Shown piece after piece: positions 38,500-48,593 of a stretch of 64,000 nt of DNA. The DNA is taken from positions 32,001-96,000 of the forward strand of contig JBMNIW010000001.1 of the NCBI GenBank assembly GCA_050951325.1. Reading direction: 5' to 3'. Numbering within the stretch: position 1 is the stretch's first letter; each line of letters opens with the position of its first letter. This DNA is from Clostridia bacterium (lineage in GTDB: Bacteria > Bacillota > Clostridia > UBA1212 > DUPL01). Position numbers and translations under genes: made by a program. Below the pieces are notes generated by a model. That model was not told the DNA's origin and made no database searches. It saw nothing but the letters and a program-made list of their open reading frames with translations.

Positions 38500-39429
38500 T
38501 TATCTCAAAAAGTCAACCAAAGAAGGTTGAATAACCCTTGCACCTACTGCAAGAGCCGTTCTGAAAACAGCTTCTTCCATCTTGAAATACATAATCGTTT
38601 CAGCCTGGTCAATGTCCTCCATTCTGGCCTTCACATCTTCATAAGTAATTATATCTGCATCAAATCTATCTATAACTGATTGAATTCTGTTGGACTTACC
38701 TCCAATCTCTGCTACGAGTGCAAGAATATGCTCCTGACTCTCCTGCAGTCTTCCCACAAAAGAATCCACAGGGTCGTCATTTCTTAGTGAATTAGACAAG
38801 TCAGCCAGCATCTGAATCATGTTGTTTTCTCCATATCCAACAACCCTTGCGCCACTCATGGTTACATCCATGCTTACATTGTTTCCAACCAGGTACTCAA
38901 TGGATTCTTTACTAAACGCATCAAGAGTTATTAGGTCACCGTTTGTAAGGTCCTCTCCATTGTAAAGAAATGTTCCGCCAATCTCCCTAAAAGGAGCTGT
39001 TGCCACATTGTAACCACCAAATATGTGCTGGCTTCCGTATGTGGAGTTAAGCGCATTTATGACCTGTTGTCTGATTTGGTCAATCTCTACAGCAATAGCT
39101 TCCTTCTCCGAAGGAGTATTAGTATCATTCGGAGCATTTACAGTAAGCTCATAAGCTCTCTTTAACAAATTATTTATCTCCATCAAAGCAGTCTCGGTAA
39201 AATCCAAAACCGCCTGAGCATCTTCCGCATTCTCTTTATATTGTATTGACTTTGAAAGATTCTTTCTTGCCTGTAGTGATTTAATAACACCCACCGGATC
39301 CTGGGATATTTTAGTTATCCTCTTTCCAGTAGAAAGCTGACTCTCATACTGATGCATGCGTGACATTGATCTTTTCAGATTAGTCATCATATTTCTTACC
39401 AGCATTGAATTAGTAATACGCATAAACAC
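38500..39429 (-). CDS. flgL: Hook-associated protein FlgL
   Basis: MRITNSML..., 'QLSTGKRI...SQDP', 'IQPSLVDFLR'. Confidence 0.95.
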   Translation of the reverse strand: MFMRITNSMLVRNMMTNLKRSMSRMHQYESQLSTGKRITKISQDPVGVIKSLQARKNLSKSIQYKENAEDAQAVLDFTETALMEINNLLKRAYELTVNAPNDTNTPSEKEAIAVEIDQIRQQVINALNSTYGSQHIFGGYNVATAPFREIGGTFLYNGEDLTNGDLITLDAFSKESIEYLVGNNVSMDVTMSGARVVGYGENNMIQMLADLSNSLRNDDPVDSFVGRLQESQEHILALVAEIGGKSNRIQSVIDRFDADIITYEDVKARMEDIDQAETIMYFKMEEAVFRTALAVGARVIQPSLVDFLR

Positions 39430-39457
39430 ACCTCTTTTTAATGTTTTTCACAATATT

Positions 39458-40945
39458 TTATCTTCCTACCAAGCCAACCCTGTTGATTAATACATCCAGC
39501 ATCTCATCCAGAGCAGTCAGAATCCTGGCAGCTGCCTGATAAGACTTTTCAAACTTAACCATATTTGCCATCTCTTCATCAATTGACACACCCGAGATGC
39601 TCATACGCTGCTCCATAACGCTGTTCAAAAGCGCTTCTTCATTGTCGCGCATTGTGCTGGCATAAGCAGTATCAATACCAAGTTCTGCAATATAGCTGCT
39701 CATGTACGCCTCGAAGTTGTCACTGCCGCCTATTGCCGCTTGTTCCCTTAAATTTATAAGTTCAAGGATAATCTTGTTGTTTCCAGAGTTGATAGAACCC
39801 ACCACTTCCGCATCCGATGCAGCAATCTTGAACACATCCTTTATAATCTCATCATTCACCTTTATACTCAATGCATCGATACCGCTTGGATCAAAGAAAT
39901 CAATTCCAGTCATAGATGAACCGCCACCTTGCGGGATGGTCCATCCCTTTCTGTGAATCTCGTTTATTCCGTTGACAAGGGAATTTGCAAAATAGTCAAG
40001 CTTGTCCTTGTAATATTGGATGCCTTTAACCTCATCGGTGTTTCCATCTCTAATATCCAAGTAACCTTTAAGCTTTCCTGATTCAAGGTTGTCCATGTCA
40101 ATGCCATCAACCCTGATATAGTGGTAGTCACTGCCTGGTTTATTGTACATCTCCAGCTTGTTAGCCTGGTCGTGATCTATAAGGACAACTTCTTGTCTGT
40201 CTCCATTTTCATCGAAATACGTCATGTTGACAGTAAGCCTTAGCTCATTGCCAACCTTGTTCTCTACATATGTAATGTTTGCATACTCTGAGAGCTTGTC
40301 AAGAAGCACGTTTCTCTTGTCTCTCAAGTCATTTGCCACATTGCCACCAAGCTCGTATCTGGCTATGCTTTTGTTATATGCCAAAATCTTATCAATATAT
40401 TCGTTAACCTGCTTTACAGATGTGGTAAAAGCGTAATCCTGTTCATCCTGTATCTGATTCAGCTGACTTCCATAGTAATTGATGGTATCAGTTAGAGTGA
40501 TTGCCTGCTGCAGAAAGTTTGTCCTTACATCCTTGCTTCCTACATTGGATGCAAGCTCCTGCATGCCGACAAAGAATCTGTCAATTATACTCATAACCCC
40601 TATATCGGAAGGCTCCTGCAGCAGTTTCTCAATGTAGCTCAAGGCCTCTGCCTTGACGGTCCATTCACCCATCAAGGAAGCTTCATTTCTGTACTGTCTG
40701 TCAAGAAACTGGTTTCTTATCTGTTGGATATAGTCGATGCTGACTCCACCACCTACAAGAGCGTTTGTCAAAGGAGCCACCAGTGTTTGAGTAACGTATG
40801 GATCTATTGAAGAACTTTCAATTCTTTGCCTTGAATAACCTTCTGTTTCAACGTTTGCTATGTTGTGTGCTGTTACATCCAAAGCCTTCTGATTATAGCG
40901 AAGTCCTGTTTTTGCAATCTCAAAACCGTAAAAAGTAGAACTCAT
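39458..40945 (-). CDS. flgK: Hook-associated protein FlgK
   Basis: 'STFYGFEIAKTGL', 'HNIAN.ETEGYSRQ', 'NDLRDKR', 'SGVSIDEEM'. Confidence 0.95.
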   Translation of the reverse strand: MSSTFYGFEIAKTGLRYNQKALDVTAHNIANVETEGYSRQRIESSSIDPYVTQTLVAPLTNALVGGGVSIDYIQQIRNQFLDRQYRNEASLMGEWTVKAEALSYIEKLLQEPSDIGVMSIIDRFFVGMQELASNVGSKDVRTNFLQQAITLTDTINYYGSQLNQIQDEQDYAFTTSVKQVNEYIDKILAYNKSIARYELGGNVANDLRDKRNVLLDKLSEYANITYVENKVGNELRLTVNMTYFDENGDRQEVVLIDHDQANKLEMYNKPGSDYHYIRVDGIDMDNLESGKLKGYLDIRDGNTDEVKGIQYYKDKLDYFANSLVNGINEIHRKGWTIPQGGGSSMTGIDFFDPSGIDALSIKVNDEIIKDVFKIAASDAEVVGSINSGNNKIILELINLREQAAIGGSDNFEAYMSSYIAELGIDTAYASTMRDNEEALLNSVMEQRMSISGVSIDEEMANMVKFEKSYQAAARILTALDEMLDVLINRVGLVGR

Positions 40946-40954
40946 AATTTCCTC

Positions 40955-41464
40955 CTATACGCTTTCATCTATTATGTTGGTTTTCTGTGTAATGGTTCTT
41001 TGTCCCTTGGGATTGTATATGTTCTCGCTTCCGTCCCCTATAACAACCTTTTGGATTACCTCTTTTATGTAATTCAGATTGTTCTCTATAAGCCGCATGT
41101 TCGTCTTGTTGTATACCTTCTGTTTTTCAATAACATCCACAAGACCCTCGCTGACTTCCTCAATTGTAGTGGTATCCTCGTTCCTGTCCTTGAGCTCTCT
41201 TACAAGACCGGATATTGTAATGTCTTCTTCCGACATGCCAAGACTCTTTGCAAGACTGCTTGCAATCTCCATCCTCTTTTGCTCTTCCTGCCCTATTTTG
41301 ACAAGAAGCACCTCTTCAGCCTCAACTATCTTATTGAGAGACTGAATGTCTCTATTCAGGACCACCTCCGTCTTTTGTCCGGATAGCTCGTTTATTGCTT
41401 CGTAATATGCTTTTTGCTTTTCCAACGATTCGGTCAATTTCCCGACAAGTTCCCTGTACTCCAT
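40955..41464 (-). CDS. flgN: Flagellar export chaperone FlgN
   Basis: Helical protein between flgM and flgK; 'N..LI...L.YI', 'Y...G'. Confidence 0.82.
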   Translation of the reverse strand: MEYRELVGKLTESLEKQKAYYEAINELSGQKTEVVLNRDIQSLNKIVEAEEVLLVKIGQEEQKRMEIASSLAKSLGMSEEDITISGLVRELKDRNEDTTTIEEVSEGLVDVIEKQKVYNKTNMRLIENNLNYIKEVIQKVVIGDGSENIYNPKGQRTITQKTNIIDESV

Positions 41465-41478
41465 TTAATCACCTTCAG

Positions 41479-41766
41479 TTATGCCTTTTCATCAATGCGT
41501 GTTCCTTTTATCATCTTCTCCGCAATCTTGCCGCTGTCTATGGTATAGATGCCTTTCTCTATCCTTTCCTTTATCTCATTAACCTTGTCGTATCTTACTT
41601 CATCGATATCCTTGATTGCCTTGATTGCCTTTGAATATATTTTTGCGTTGTCGGACAAATCCAGCTTGTCGTTTATCTCAAACCCATCATTTACATTTGC
41701 CTTTTTAATCTGACTTGTCTTGTATGCGGAAATGGGATCCGTAGGATTTGTAGGATTAATTTTCAT
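41479..41766 (-). CDS. flgM: Anti-sigma-28 factor FlgM
   Basis: 'DKLDLS', 'VRYDKVNEIKERIEKGIYTID...IAEKM'. Confidence 0.92.
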   Translation of the reverse strand: MKINPTNPTDPISAYKTSQIKKANVNDGFEINDKLDLSDNAKIYSKAIKAIKDIDEVRYDKVNEIKERIEKGIYTIDSGKIAEKMIKGTRIDEKA

Positions 41767-41781
41767 GCTGACACCTTCTTT

Positions 41782-42225
41782 CTACTCTTCTTCATCATCT
41801 TTCTTCTTGCTCCTTGGAATGTAATGCATTCTCTCCTTGCCTGTCGCACTTTGAGATCTGCCTGTAGCTGTTTCTCCAGGCCTCAAATTCGATTTAAGAT
41901 ATGAAAGCTCGTTATGTTTCTTTACAGTGCATTCAAGGCAGTACCTGCCTGAATCTATGGGCTTGTCGCAGGACTCGCATTTCAACTCTTTGTTGCCTTC
42001 CATGCTAAGCCTTCCCTCTTTGAGCAGGAGCAGTATTATTTTTTCATTAACCTCAGTCTCCTCACTCAACTCTTTTATAGTTGCCAGCCTGTTCTTTTCA
42101 AGATAGTTCCTGCATTTCTCAAACGCCTCATCTATTGCCAATATGCATTTGGGGCAGTAGGGACTTACCTTGTAATTGAAAGGCTTGCTGCAGTTTTTAC
42201 AGTATCTTATGCTCAGTGATGACAT
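41782..42225 (-). CDS. YvyF-like flagellar operon zinc-finger protein
   Basis: CxxC...CxxC, 'LLKEGRL', 'CESC..PI.SGRYC..C'; upstream of flgM. Confidence 0.82.
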   Translation of the reverse strand: MSSLSIRYCKNCSKPFNYKVSPYCPKCILAIDEAFEKCRNYLEKNRLATIKELSEETEVNEKIILLLLKEGRLSMEGNKELKCESCDKPIDSGRYCLECTVKKHNELSYLKSNLRPGETATGRSQSATGKERMHYIPRSKKKDDEEE

Positions 42226-42251
42226 ATTAAAAACTCCTTTTTGTCAGTTCA

Positions 42252-42962
42252 TTATCTACGCAGATTGTTAGCTATACCCTCCATCTCATCACTTATGGAC
42301 ACCAATCTTGAAGATACCTGGTATGCCCTCTGCGCTTTAATCATTTCAGTCAGCTGCTCTGTCAGATCCACATTGGAATGTTCAAGAAATCCTCTTGACA
42401 CCTTTGCGTTATTTACCTGCTGAGCCTCTCCTGAAGCTTCTGTAACCTGATACAGATTGCTGCCTTCCTCACTCAATCCTTCCGGATTAACAAAGGTAAA
42501 CACCCCCAAGTCACCGGAAAGTTCTCCATCAGCAACAGTTATTCTTTCCAGATTCTCATCCAGTACAAAGTTTCCGTTGGCAGTGACAAGGTAATTGACA
42601 TTGTCAATTGTCGTGGTGTAAAAATTACCGGCTCTTGTATACCTTATTCCTTCTTCCGTCTCCACAGCAAAAAAACCTTCTCCATTTATTGCAAAATCCA
42701 GGTCTCTATCAGTGCTTTCCAAGGAACCCATTGTAAAGTCCTTGACTACTGCGGACAGAAGTACACCGTGTCCTTTCTGCAGATTGTTGTCCTGGTCCTC
42801 TTCCACCGGATTTAACATTGTCTGGTAAAGAGCATCTGTAAACGCAACTCTCTTTTGCTTGTAACCGGTTGTATTGACATTTGCAATATTGTTGGCTATA
42901 TTATCAAGTTTTTTCTGTCCTGCCTTCATGCCGGATGCTGCTGTATGCAAAGATTGTATCAT
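42252..42962 (-). CDS. flgG: Flagellar rod protein FlgG/FlhP
   Basis: 'ANNIANVNTTGYK', 'YTRAGNF', 'LEHSNVDL', 'AQRAYQ'. Confidence 0.88.
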   Translation of the reverse strand: MIQSLHTAASGMKAGQKKLDNIANNIANVNTTGYKQKRVAFTDALYQTMLNPVEEDQDNNLQKGHGVLLSAVVKDFTMGSLESTDRDLDFAINGEGFFAVETEEGIRYTRAGNFYTTTIDNVNYLVTANGNFVLDENLERITVADGELSGDLGVFTFVNPEGLSEEGSNLYQVTEASGEAQQVNNAKVSRGFLEHSNVDLTEQLTEMIKAQRAYQVSSRLVSISDEMEGIANNLRR

Positions 42963-42973
42963 GACTCACACCT

Positions 42974-43729
42974 TTATACCTTTCCTATTTCATTGACAGC
43001 CTTGTCCAAAGTGCTGTCAATTGTGGTTATTACCCGCTGGTTGGATTCATAAGCTCTTGCCACTTCAATCATACTTATAACCTGCTCAATCAAGTCCACA
43101 TTTGAAGCTTCAAGGAAGCCCTGTTTGACTTTGGCCTCACTCTCAACAGTCTCAGCCTCTCCAAATGTGTAATACAAACTCTCTCCTTCTTTCCTGAGAA
43201 GCGAATTGTCCACAAAGGAAACAACCAGCATTTCGTCCACCAAATCGCCTTCTTCGTCAAAGACCTGGCCGTTTTCATTCACCTTGAAATTGTTTGAACC
43301 CACATTGAGACTTCCGTTTACACCTTGCACATAGTAGCCTTCCGCAGTAACAAGCATTCCCTGGTTATCCACGAAAAAGGCTCCGTTCCTTGTATACCTT
43401 AAGCCATTGGGCGTCTCGACTACAAAGAAACCGTCTCCCTCAAGAGCCAAATCAGCATTCCTTCTTGTCTCATTAAAGGAACCCTGTATAAACTTGGTAA
43501 ATACCTCGTCCACATGGACTCCTTTTGTAATTGAGCCAACTATCTCATTCTGCCTCAATACGTTGGGGTCGTTTATCCTCTCAATCAGGACCTCGTTGAA
43601 CGATCTGGAAAGCATCAAGTCTTCCTTGTATCCCGTCGTTTCAACGTTGGCCACATTATTCGCTATAACATTTATTTTATTCCTCTGTGTCAGCATTCCT
43701 GTTCCTGCTGTGTACAGTCCTCTAACCAT
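42974..43729 (-). CDS. flgF: Flagellar rod protein FlgF/FlhO
   Basis: Start MVRGLYTAGTGM at 43729; 'ANNVANVETTGYK', 'YTRNGAF', 'LEASNVD', 'RAYESNQ'. Confidence 0.88.
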   Translation of the reverse strand: MVRGLYTAGTGMLTQRNKINVIANNVANVETTGYKEDLMLSRSFNEVLIERINDPNVLRQNEIVGSITKGVHVDEVFTKFIQGSFNETRRNADLALEGDGFFVVETPNGLRYTRNGAFFVDNQGMLVTAEGYYVQGVNGSLNVGSNNFKVNENGQVFDEEGDLVDEMLVVSFVDNSLLRKEGESLYYTFGEAETVESEAKVKQGFLEASNVDLIEQVISMIEVARAYESNQRVITTIDSTLDKAVNEIGKV

Positions 43730-43767
43730 TTTGAATCCTCGCTTTAGATATTCTCTGTTCAGTAATA

Positions 43768-43794
43768 TAATCGACAAAGGCACAATAAACTTTA
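43768..43794 (-). promoter_or_regulatory. Sigma-28 promoter of the flhO-flhP-flgM operon
   Basis: TAAAGTTT-N11-GTCGATTA on the minus strand. Confidence 0.82.
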
Positions 43795-43896
43795 GCATTT
43801 TTGGTGTCAAAATACAAATCTTTATCAGTTGAATAAAGCCTTCTCCTATGATATATTTACCAAAACATAAAGATACGTACAACAGGAGCTGATGGA

Positions 43897-45225
43897 ATGA
43901 CAGTAAGTGTAAATTTTGACAAAATCACAGGCAGGATAAAGCCTCTGCACGGAATCGGGAATGCACCACTTCTGGGAACAAACCCGAAGCTGTTTCCCTA
44001 CCTCAAAGAGGCCGGCATCCCCTATTCACGTCTTCACGATACAGGAGGAAGATACGGCGGTGGCTGTTTTGTTGACATAAACAATGTCTTTCGGGATTTT
44101 GACAGAGACCCAAAAGATCCTGACTCCTATGACTTTGCCTTTACCGACTGGCTGATTACCGAGCTTGTACAACAGGGAGTAAAGCCGTTTTACAGACTCG
44201 GAACCACCATAGAAAACAGCCACAGAATAAAAGCCTATTACATCTACCCTCCAAAAGACAAACTGAAATGGGCACAAATATGTGAAGGCATAATCCGCCA
44301 CTATAACGAAGGCTGGGCAAGCGGCTTTTACTACGATATTGAATACTGGGAGATATGGAACGAGCCTGACAACGAACCCAATATTGAGGACAACCCCATG
44401 TGGAAAGGCACCATGGAAGAATATTTTGAACTTTATAAAGTGGCCTCAAACTACCTAAAAGACAAATTTCCTCATCTAAAGATCGGAGGGTATGCAAGCT
44501 GTGGTTTCTACTATCTTTCAGAAGCCGTGGTGGAGAGTGCAAACTCCTCCACAAGAACCGGTTACTTCATACACTTCTTCAATGAGTTTTTGAAATTCAT
44601 AACCTCTGAAGAAAACAAATCCCCCCTTGATTTCTTCTCATGGCATTCCTACGCCAATCCTCAAGAGAATATTAAGTATGCGAAATATGCAAGGAAGATG
44701 CTGGATGAATACGGCTTATACGACACTGAAACTATCCTGAACGAATGGAATCCAGGCATTCAGTATCGAAGCACATCAAAAGACTGTGCAAATATTGCAG
44801 CCATGTTCTGTGCCCTTCAAAAAGCCCCTGTCGACAAAGCCATGTACTACGACGGACAGGTCCACACAAGTTACGGGGGCATGTTCGACCCTGTCAAACA
44901 GGACATATTCAAAGCCTATTATGCTTTCTATGCATTCAACAAGCTTTATGAGCTTTCGAATGAAATTGAATGCTCAAGCAGCAAGGAAGGCATCTACACC
45001 ATTGCAGCTATAGACACAAATACTGCAAGAATTCTAATATCAAATCCGACTGAAAAAGAGTATAATCTTGCAATACAAACATATACAAGAAAAAAAATCA
45101 CTTCTGTAAGAAAGCACATTGTGGACAGGGATAAAAACTTTGAGGAAACGGATGAAAACAGATTAACTCCTGAATCAATAATTTTGATTGAGTATGAGTT
45201 TGAAAGGAATGAAAAGAATGATTGA
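43897..45225 (+). CDS. GH39-like glycoside hydrolase
   Basis: 'IPYSRLHD', 'YWEIWNEPD' (acid/base), 'LDFFSWHSY', 'LNEWN' (nucleophile); no signal peptide. Confidence 0.85.
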   Translation: MTVSVNFDKITGRIKPLHGIGNAPLLGTNPKLFPYLKEAGIPYSRLHDTGGRYGGGCFVDINNVFRDFDRDPKDPDSYDFAFTDWLITELVQQGVKPFYRLGTTIENSHRIKAYYIYPPKDKLKWAQICEGIIRHYNEGWASGFYYDIEYWEIWNEPDNEPNIEDNPMWKGTMEEYFELYKVASNYLKDKFPHLKIGGYASCGFYYLSEAVVESANSSTRTGYFIHFFNEFLKFITSEENKSPLDFFSWHSYANPQENIKYAKYARKMLDEYGLYDTETILNEWNPGIQYRSTSKDCANIAAMFCALQKAPVDKAMYYDGQVHTSYGGMFDPVKQDIFKAYYAFYAFNKLYELSNEIECSSSKEGIYTIAAIDTNTARILISNPTEKEYNLAIQTYTRKKITSVRKHIVDRDKNFEETDENRLTPESIILIEYEFERNEKND

Positions 45226-47044
45226 TTTGGTTAAAAACAAAGTGGAAATGCTGGAAGGCGGTTCATTCAAGTATACTGGCATAGTGGATGAAACCATACA
45301 CCTGGTTCAGGAAAAACAGCTGAAGGACGCAAACTACTGGAAACTGTTTGTCGAGCAGTACAGAAAAGGAAACGTGGACGATCACGACAGAGGCTGGCGT
45401 GGTGAATACTGGGGCAAGATGATGAGAGGCGCCTCCCTTACGTATCTCTACACCCAGGATGAGGAACTTTACAACCTGCTTGAAGCAAGTGTATACGACC
45501 TCCTTACGACCCAGGACGAGCTGAACAGGTTCTCCACCTACTCTATTGAATGCGAGTTTAGCGAGTGGGATATGTGGAGTAGAAAATATATTTTACTAGG
45601 CAGCATGTATTTCCTAGACATATGCAAGGACGAAGAACTTAAGAACAAACTTGTTAATGCTCTTGTAAGGCACGCAGATTACATTATCTCCAAAGTTGGA
45701 GATGAAGAACAAGGAAAGATACCGGTAACCAAAACCAGCATTTTCTGGAACGGCCTTAATTCCAGTTCCATCCTGGAGCCTTTTGTAAGGTTGTATGTGC
45801 TTACCGGATTTGAAAGATACCTTGACTTTGTAAGACATATTATCAAATGCGGTGGAACGGATGGCTTCAATGTATTTGAGGCAGCTTATGAAAACAAGCT
45901 GTACCCCTATGAATATCCGGTCACAAAAGCCTATGAGATGATGTCCTGTTTTGAAGGCCTTCTTTGGTATTACAGGGTAACCAGGGAAGAAAAGTATCTT
46001 TCAGCTGCTAAAAACTTTGCAAACAAGGTAATAGAGTCTGACATTACTGTAATTGGTTCGGCAGGATGCACTCATGAACTATTTGACAACTCCATTATCA
46101 ACCAATTCGACCCAGCATACGATGGAATCATGCAGGAAACCTGTGTAACGGTTACCTGGCTTAAATTCCTATACCAGCTTTTGCAGATAACAGGTGACAA
46201 ATCCTATGCCGACCATATTGAAGTCTCCATATACAATGCCCTGCTTGGCTCAATAAATACGGAAGGCAATGAAAGAATCAACACAACTCCCGTATTCGAC
46301 AGCTACAGCCCTTTAAGAAAGGCAAGCAGAGGAAGAGCCACAGGCGGCCTTAAAGACATTGCTCCGGATACCTACTACGGCTGCTGCATTGCAATTGGAG
46401 CTGCTGGTACTGCCCTTTCCGCTCTTTCCAGTGTTGGAAGAACCGAAAAAGGTTTTCAATTCAACCTATACTACAATGGAATTATAAAAACGAAGACACC
46501 GAAGGGCAATAACATTGAGTTTGGAATCAACACAACTTATCCGGTAGGAGAAGATATAGATATTAATATAAATCTTGATAGAGAGGAGGAACTCACTCTT
46601 GATTTCAGGCTTCCTTTTGGTGGCAAACTGTATGTAAACGATAATGAAATTGACACAGATACAGTCACAAGGGTTTGGAAGGCAGGAGACAAAGCTTGTA
46701 TAAAAACAAATCTTAAGATAAGGCTTCTTAAAGATACCGACATACTGCCTGAAGCTGCAGAAAGAAAAGAAAGATACGGAGTCCTTCTTAGAGGACCCAT
46801 TGTACTTGCAAGGGATGCCAGAATAAGTAATGATTTGGATACACCTCTTGCATTCCAAACAGACAATGAAGGTTATGTCACAAGCAAGTTTTTAGAAACC
46901 AAGGCTCCTTTTAGAACTCTTCTTGCATATGAATTAGAGCTTGAGGGTGGGAAATATACCTTTGTAGATTACGCTCATGCAGGCAGGATATGGGACGAGA
47001 ACCTCCCTATGGCAGCTTGGATTATTATCAACGATAAAATTTAA
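45218..47044 (+). CDS. GH127 beta-L-arabinofuranosidase-like protein
   Basis: 'WRGEYWGK', 'KAYEMMS', 'QETCVTVTW', 'YNALLG', 'GCC', 'RGPIVLARD'. Confidence 0.85.
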   Translation: MIDLVKNKVEMLEGGSFKYTGIVDETIHLVQEKQLKDANYWKLFVEQYRKGNVDDHDRGWRGEYWGKMMRGASLTYLYTQDEELYNLLEASVYDLLTTQDELNRFSTYSIECEFSEWDMWSRKYILLGSMYFLDICKDEELKNKLVNALVRHADYIISKVGDEEQGKIPVTKTSIFWNGLNSSSILEPFVRLYVLTGFERYLDFVRHIIKCGGTDGFNVFEAAYENKLYPYEYPVTKAYEMMSCFEGLLWYYRVTREEKYLSAAKNFANKVIESDITVIGSAGCTHELFDNSIINQFDPAYDGIMQETCVTVTWLKFLYQLLQITGDKSYADHIEVSIYNALLGSINTEGNERINTTPVFDSYSPLRKASRGRATGGLKDIAPDTYYGCCIAIGAAGTALSALSSVGRTEKGFQFNLYYNGIIKTKTPKGNNIEFGINTTYPVGEDIDININLDREEELTLDFRLPFGGKLYVNDNEIDTDTVTRVWKAGDKACIKTNLKIRLLKDTDILPEAAERKERYGVLLRGPIVLARDARISNDLDTPLAFQTDNEGYVTSKFLETKAPFRTLLAYELELEGGKYTFVDYAHAGRIWDENLPMAAWIIINDKI

Positions 47045-47067
47045 GAGGGTAGCTTCACGCAGCCCTC

Positions 47068-47748
47068 TTAACTTGAAATGTCAAATGTCACAAACAAATC
47101 AAATTCATTTTGCTGAGCAGGTCTTTTCTCATATTGAAAGCTTATCTCAAACTTTACACCATCCACCTTGTCTTCAACAAAAAATTTGTCGCCCAATACT
47201 TCCACATCATATCTTTCATAGGTGTTGTAGAAGTCAAAAAATTGATTCTTGGTACCAACAGTCTTGTACATAATTCCGTTAACAGACAATTCGGATTCCA
47301 ATCTGTTGCTTGCATCTATTAATAAATGAAATGGCATGTAAATTTCAACATCTGTATTATCATTTTTAAGTACAGCAACCGGACAAAAGAACGTTTTCAT
47401 TCCACGAACGAACAGCATATAGTAGTTTAAAAATTCGTCATTCTTGTCAGCCTTCGTAATGAGAACATACTTGTCCTGGTAAACGCTGGCGGAGAGATTA
47501 AAGTTTTCATCATCATACTTGTTGATATAGTCTGCAAGCTCTTTGGCTGAAATGTCATCAAGGAACAGATGCTTGCTGCCTCCATAAAGTTTTTGAAGCT
47601 TTATGTTTATTCTCAGCTCATCATTTCCGGTAAGTCTATCCTTTGCCTCTATGTAGCTGCCTTTCCTTGTCCCATCGCATGAAGACAAGATTACGATTAG
47701 GACCAGAATCAAACATGTAATGATTACTTTGATATTCTTCTTTGACAT
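47068..47748 (-). CDS. Hypothetical lipoprotein
   Basis: Lipobox LSSC after a basic/hydrophobic signal. Confidence 0.7.
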   Translation of the reverse strand: MSKKNIKVIITCLILVLIVILSSCDGTRKGSYIEAKDRLTGNDELRINIKLQKLYGGSKHLFLDDISAKELADYINKYDDENFNLSASVYQDKYVLITKADKNDEFLNYYMLFVRGMKTFFCPVAVLKNDNTDVEIYMPFHLLIDASNRLESELSVNGIMYKTVGTKNQFFDFYNTYERYDVEVLGDKFFVEDKVDGVKFEISFQYEKRPAQQNEFDLFVTFDISS

Positions 47749-47851
47749 TACAAATCATCCTTTTTAAAAAATAATCGTACCAATTTATAAGCTAATTTTA
47801 TTTTTACAGGAAGATATTGTCAATGTCATCTGTAACAACAAACTGTTAATC

Positions 47852-48574
47852 TTATGCAAACAAATAGTTAATCATATCAGCCAGCGTAAGGTTGTCCACA
47901 TCAAAAATACGTTCCTTCATGTCAACAACCTTGTAGTCCAATTCAGTGTACTTTAAGAACGACATGAAATCTCCGTCATACCAGGGTGGAGTCCATGTTC
48001 CGGATCTTGCAATATGTATATTGGACATCTCAACTCCATCATCAAGGTCCTCAATGTTTAAATATTCAATGTCAAATTTTTCATTCTGCTGTCTGAAAAA
48101 GTCCTTGTCTTCATATGTATTGGGGCTGTAGATAATATATGCTTTATGGATCAGACCGTCTATAAAGAGCTTTCCCAGCCAGTTGGCACAGCTTATCTCA
48201 AACTCCAAAGAGGCAAGACCCCCATAACCCAAATCAGCATGGGAGTCAAACAAATATACTTCCTTGCATTTTGCTCTTTGTGCGATATTGTACGACAGTT
48301 TGTGAGAGTCTGAGACAATCATTCTTGTATTCCTGCCAATACGAAACTTTTCTTTGAGCTTGTCCCAGAACACAGTATAGTCATCCAGCTTGAAAAGATC
48401 CTTTATGTCTATTCCTCTAACCTTTAGTTTGAAATATCGTTTGTACCATAAATCATGAATGCTTTTTTGGCATTCAATATATGAGTTTAGATAATCTTGA
48501 GGGGTCTTGATGAAATAGTCCCAATCTATTGACAAGAGACATCTCATAATCCCGCACCTTCTTTGTTCCCACAA
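47852..48574 (-). CDS. Arginase-fold / UPF0489-like metalloprotein
   Basis: 'LLSIDWDYF', 'DSH', 'FDSHADLGY', 'CANW', 'RSGTWTPPW.D'. Confidence 0.65.
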   Translation of the reverse strand: MWEQRRCGIMRCLLSIDWDYFIKTPQDYLNSYIECQKSIHDLWYKRYFKLKVRGIDIKDLFKLDDYTVFWDKLKEKFRIGRNTRMIVSDSHKLSYNIAQRAKCKEVYLFDSHADLGYGGLASLEFEISCANWLGKLFIDGLIHKAYIIYSPNTYEDKDFFRQQNEKFDIEYLNIEDLDDGVEMSNIHIARSGTWTPPWYDGDFMSFLKYTELDYKVVDMKERIFDVDNLTLADMINYLFA

Positions 48575-48593
48575 TATTTATATATACATTATA